A stretch of DNA of 63,772 nucleotides, filler included, from Rhabdomonas costata (taxonomy: Eukaryota): assembly GCA_019059605.1 (NCBI GenBank). It is 58 parts of 58 records of this genome, joined end to end, with 100 filler letters (N's around TTAATTAATTAA, not from the genome) between each part and the next. Parts side by side here need not be neighbours in the genome. Positions count along the whole stretch, not along the records: positions 59,469 to 60,469 come from JAHMHO010034419.1; positions 60,570 to 61,570 come from JAHMHO010034420.1; positions 61,671 to 62,671 come from JAHMHO010034421.1; positions 62,772 to 63,772 come from JAHMHO010034422.1; 54 more parts are not named here. One strand, written 5' to 3'. The notes under the pieces are model-generated. The model saw nothing but the letters and a program-made list of their open reading frames with translations. It made no database searches and was not told where the DNA came from. The position numbers and the translations under genes were made by a program. This document shows, piece by piece, positions 59,968 through 63,772 of this stretch (positions within the stretch are counted from its first letter, which is position 1; every line of letters starts with the position of its first letter).

Positions 59968-62900
59968 CTGCGAGAGGGCGAAGCGGCCATGGAGCGGGAA
60001 GACGGGTGGGAGGGAGGCGAAGGCAGTCTGCCGATTCGGCGTGTCGTGTGCTCTCCAGTTTGAGTTTGCGAGAACTTGCATGGTGCAAGTGTCACCAAAC
60101 GCCACTTAAATTTGGCTTTTGTTCCCAAAAAGTCAAATATCACTGCGAACTTCTCTAAGCGTCGACTGAATGTACCAGCATTATATGTGTACACCTGCTG
60201 CAGGTTAAATGAGTCCCATTGCCGATCACTGCCTCTCAGGCAGTGCTTTCCTCACCAGAGTCCAAAGCAGATATTTCGACGCTATAAATGACTCCCACAT
60301 AATTCAAAACGCAAATCTCTTCGCTGGGTCAAGTACCCTCTGTTCAAGCAGAGCGCACCGTTGCGTTCGGGTCGGCCTTGAGGTCCAGAAGGGCGCATAC
60401 CAATCCGGGCCAGTCCGGGGAGTCCTCCGCGGATCCCTACGTATTGAGGAAAGATCGTTAAACACAAACNNNNNNNNNNNNNNNNNNNNNNNNNNNNNNN
60501 NNNNNNNNNNNNNTTAATTAATTAANNNNNNNNNNNNNNNNNNNNNNNNNNNNNNNNNNNNNNNNNNNNGTGGGGGTGTGCAGTATTGTGACAAGAATCG
60601 CGAGTCACCAAAGATGGACCTGGGGTAGGGAGAGCCGGGGCGACTGCCATAGGACAACGCCATGAACAAGGCAGATTATTGGTGCTGGACAATGGTATTT
60701 GTGTGGAGGGGGTAGGTGCTAACCGTTTTGACGGCGTTAAATCAGTTAGCTCCAAAATACCCAAAGGAATGTTTTGAGATGCGATTCTGCCGACACCTGG
60801 GCAGCAGTGCTAACCGTTCGAGAGATTACCAAGATATAAGCGCAGAGGCGGACTGTGGTGCACCACAAAAAGTGAATGAAAGAAGGCCTGTGCAAAGATT
60901 GAAAGCAGAGATTTGTGACGTGAGTACTGCTAAAAGTGGTCGGCGGAGGAAGCAGCCGGGTGAGGCGGGGGCGTTTTTTTTTGCTAACGTTTAACACCGT
61001 TAAGTTTGCTGACCGTCCTTAAGAGCACCACAGCCCCATTGGTAACCATTCACAGGTTCTTGAAAAGCGACTCCAGCACGTCAATTCTTTCATTACGTAG
61101 CAGTGAGCAGGAGGACAACAATATCACCTCCCCAGCCTAGAACAGCGCGTTCCAAACGCAAGTACCGCGTAGCCGGGGGCAGAGCTGCCACAGTCTCGCG
61201 GCGCGGTTTTGGAGCCAGATCGACGTATATTATCCCTGAGAACAGCAAGGTAAAATGGCTGATGGACAAGCAGCTACCAAATGCTGACAGACGCAGTCAA
61301 GCAGGGGTAGGCATGACCCCTGATCAGAGAGGTCAAAACCTTCCCCACGGCTCACCCTCAACAATCCCTGCACAAGTGCACCTGCAGCAGAATAAGGGTC
61401 CCACACGAATCCAATTGAGGTCATTACTGAGGGTAGGGAGTACGACAGAAAAGGAAGAAAGCAAAGGATAAGGTCACGGCTGAAAGAAGGTGGGATTGGA
61501 CGGAGTAGTGCGCTACTGCATCTCAAAGGAAGAAGCTGCAAAGTTCATTCCAGCCCAGGAACAACCCCCCNNNNNNNNNNNNNNNNNNNNNNNNNNNNNN
61601 NNNNNNNNNNNNNNTTAATTAATTAANNNNNNNNNNNNNNNNNNNNNNNNNNNNNNNNNNNNNNNNNNNNCTTTGATTACACACCACACCCCTTCTTTCC
61701 TCAGGCAAGTCATCTCACACTAGAAACTTCCTCCCTTGTGACGCTTTGATTACACAACACACCCACACCCACATCCACCCAAACGGGAGGGGATGATAAG
61801 TGTTTGCGCCCCGCTCAGGGGGAGGGACCGGTGTGGGCAGTGGACGATGCCTCCGGTGTTGCCGCGCTCTGCGGCATGGAAGCGGCCACTGGGAGCTGTG
61901 CGAGGGTGAGGTTGCGCCGCGGCATGGGCATCGCCCCAGTCATCCCCCGGGCACCAGAGGCCCGGTCTGAGGTCGGCAGAGTAGTATGTGACTTCGGGCG
62001 GGGAAGTCCAGGCCGCTCGCCCCTGTCAGCGCCAAAAGCCAAAAAAAATACATCGGCAGTCCGGAGTTTGGCACAAGAAAGCAACGTTGGGAATACTTAG
62101 AGGCTGGTCAAATGTGGCTCAATGCAAGCGGTCTGCAATATCTGTGGAATGGTGGTTGTCAAGGACTTTGCACTTACGTGTTAAGGGGAGGACGCTCCCA
62201 TGGCTAACCACGACTCTGCTAGAGAGTGGCCGAGCGGCAGCTACTATCGCCACTGTTGTCCAATACCATCGCTGGGCTGAGAAAAAACAATCACGGCGAG
62301 TGGTGGTGAAGAAAGCTGTGCCCTGGGGTCCAAACTCAATCAGATGGGATCTCCAGACGGACGGGATCTCCAGGTGACACCTCTACAGCCGCCACCGGCT
62401 CGCGTAATTACAGGAGGGAGACAGCCGTCGTGACAGAGACGCAGATAATAGTGTCAAAAAGTTGCAGACCTGCACCCCCCTGCTGCGCGCTGCGTGTCCC
62501 CTCCACTGCCGCAAGATCTCAGTATAGAAAATGGCTCATAAGCCCTTTTAACACGTGTATCGGACGCCGGCCCCTCGTCACTCCTCTGGGCACCCCTTGA
62601 CCTGGGCCACCTCAATCGCCATTTGGCCTGTCCAGTGATTCCCGTAACTTCGTTTAGCAGGCCACACCCCCNNNNNNNNNNNNNNNNNNNNNNNNNNNNN
62701 NNNNNNNNNNNNNNNTTAATTAATTAANNNNNNNNNNNNNNNNNNNNNNNNNNNNNNNNNNNNNNNNNNNNTTGTGTTTGTTTATTTTCAAAGCAGGTTA
62801 TTCGAACGTTTTGGTATCATTAAGTTGTAATGAAAAGACGCTCAAGACTTTTCAAAGCTTCATTGCAAACTTTTTGAGTGAATAAAGATTACTTTAATAT

Positions 62901-63772
62901 TTAAATTAATTTGCAACTTTATAAACTGTGAACTTTGTTTTTATTTGAGCAAAAATTTAAAGTAGAAAACTTCACAATTTCGGTTTTATTATATTCTTAA
63001 TCACCACCCGAGTTTAAAGATAAGAAAGTTTTGCCCGTTGTTGGCCAAAACATTTTGTTTTGAAGGAACAAGGAATGGACATTTATCTCTTTTAAATCCC
63101 GTCCAATACTGGAAATTAGTATTCTGTGTGGTTTCATTTTCCACTATTTCTGACTAGATGGTAACGCTCTCAAAAGCTGCATGATTCAAAGGCGCTTCAT
63201 TCCCAAAACCTCCTATATTTCAACCTCTTCCATATCATAAATCGAACGTTTAAAAAACATGAAACAGTCGTTATGTAGCACGCACAATATCCAAGCAAAA
63301 GCTTTATATGCTAAATGGAATCGGGAAAGACACGAATATAGGAGATGAACTTCCCGAAAACGTCTATGAGAGGCACGCCGACAAACGAATGAAACAAGAG
63401 ACTGGATTGGAGGAAGTGGGGGAACAAATCGTGTGGCACAGGGTCCGAGGAAAGAGGCCGGAGGCATATTGAAGTGCAAAAAAGTGGGCCGGGTGGCGGA
63501 GTCAAAAAATGGTGGAATCCGCAAGTCTCGCGTCTTGGCGCGAGAGGCGAGAAAAGGCCAAATCCCACCACGGCTGCGCACGTGTATAACACACAAAAGC
63601 CGGAAAAACAGGCACCCCAATGGGGGCTCCCGCACGAAAACAATGCGCAGGTCGGACGAAATCAAAAACAGAAACAATGCAGAATATGCCTGGGTGGAGG
63701 GTGTGTGAAAGAAAATCCAATCATGGTGAAGGGGTGAATGCAGGCATGTGTGGATTTTCTTTCACACCCCCC

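Overview
This is not a contiguous locus. It is a concatenation of 58 unrelated contigs of 1000-1002 bp, joined by 57 artificial 100-bp spacers (N-run + TTAATTAATTAA + N-run), so nothing can be inferred from adjacency across spacers and every ORF ending in X...LIN is truncated or spurious. Many contig ends carry G/T-only (or C/A-only) tails resembling GenomePlex/PicoPLEX whole-genome-amplification primers, and several end in fold-back inverted repeats. Most contigs come from an intron-rich eukaryote with GC-rich exons, degenerate GT/GC donors and weak polypyrimidine tracts (a protist; a euglenozoan is plausible but unproven). Recognisable exon fragments: S1/Tex-like domain, Kelch-like repeats, PreP peptidase, Derlin, probable RPB1, histidine phosphatase, SGNH/PC-esterase-like protein, MAPKK, kinesin-13, RRM, ADP-ribosyltransferase, TMEM53/DUF829, stomatin, WDR1/AIP1, OGG1, another kinase, ankyrin repeats and a Ty3/gypsy protease. 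Two contigs look foreign. 7715-8716 is AT-rich, intronless and gene-dense (kinase 3' end, dual-specificity phosphatase, divergent ORF) and has an AAAATTGA motif plus an intergenic hairpin, both hallmarks of Mimiviridae-type giant viruses; this is the top lead. 12123-13123 encodes a fungal-type S10 serine carboxypeptidase, probably a contaminant. All family calls are from motif recognition by eye; no searches were run.
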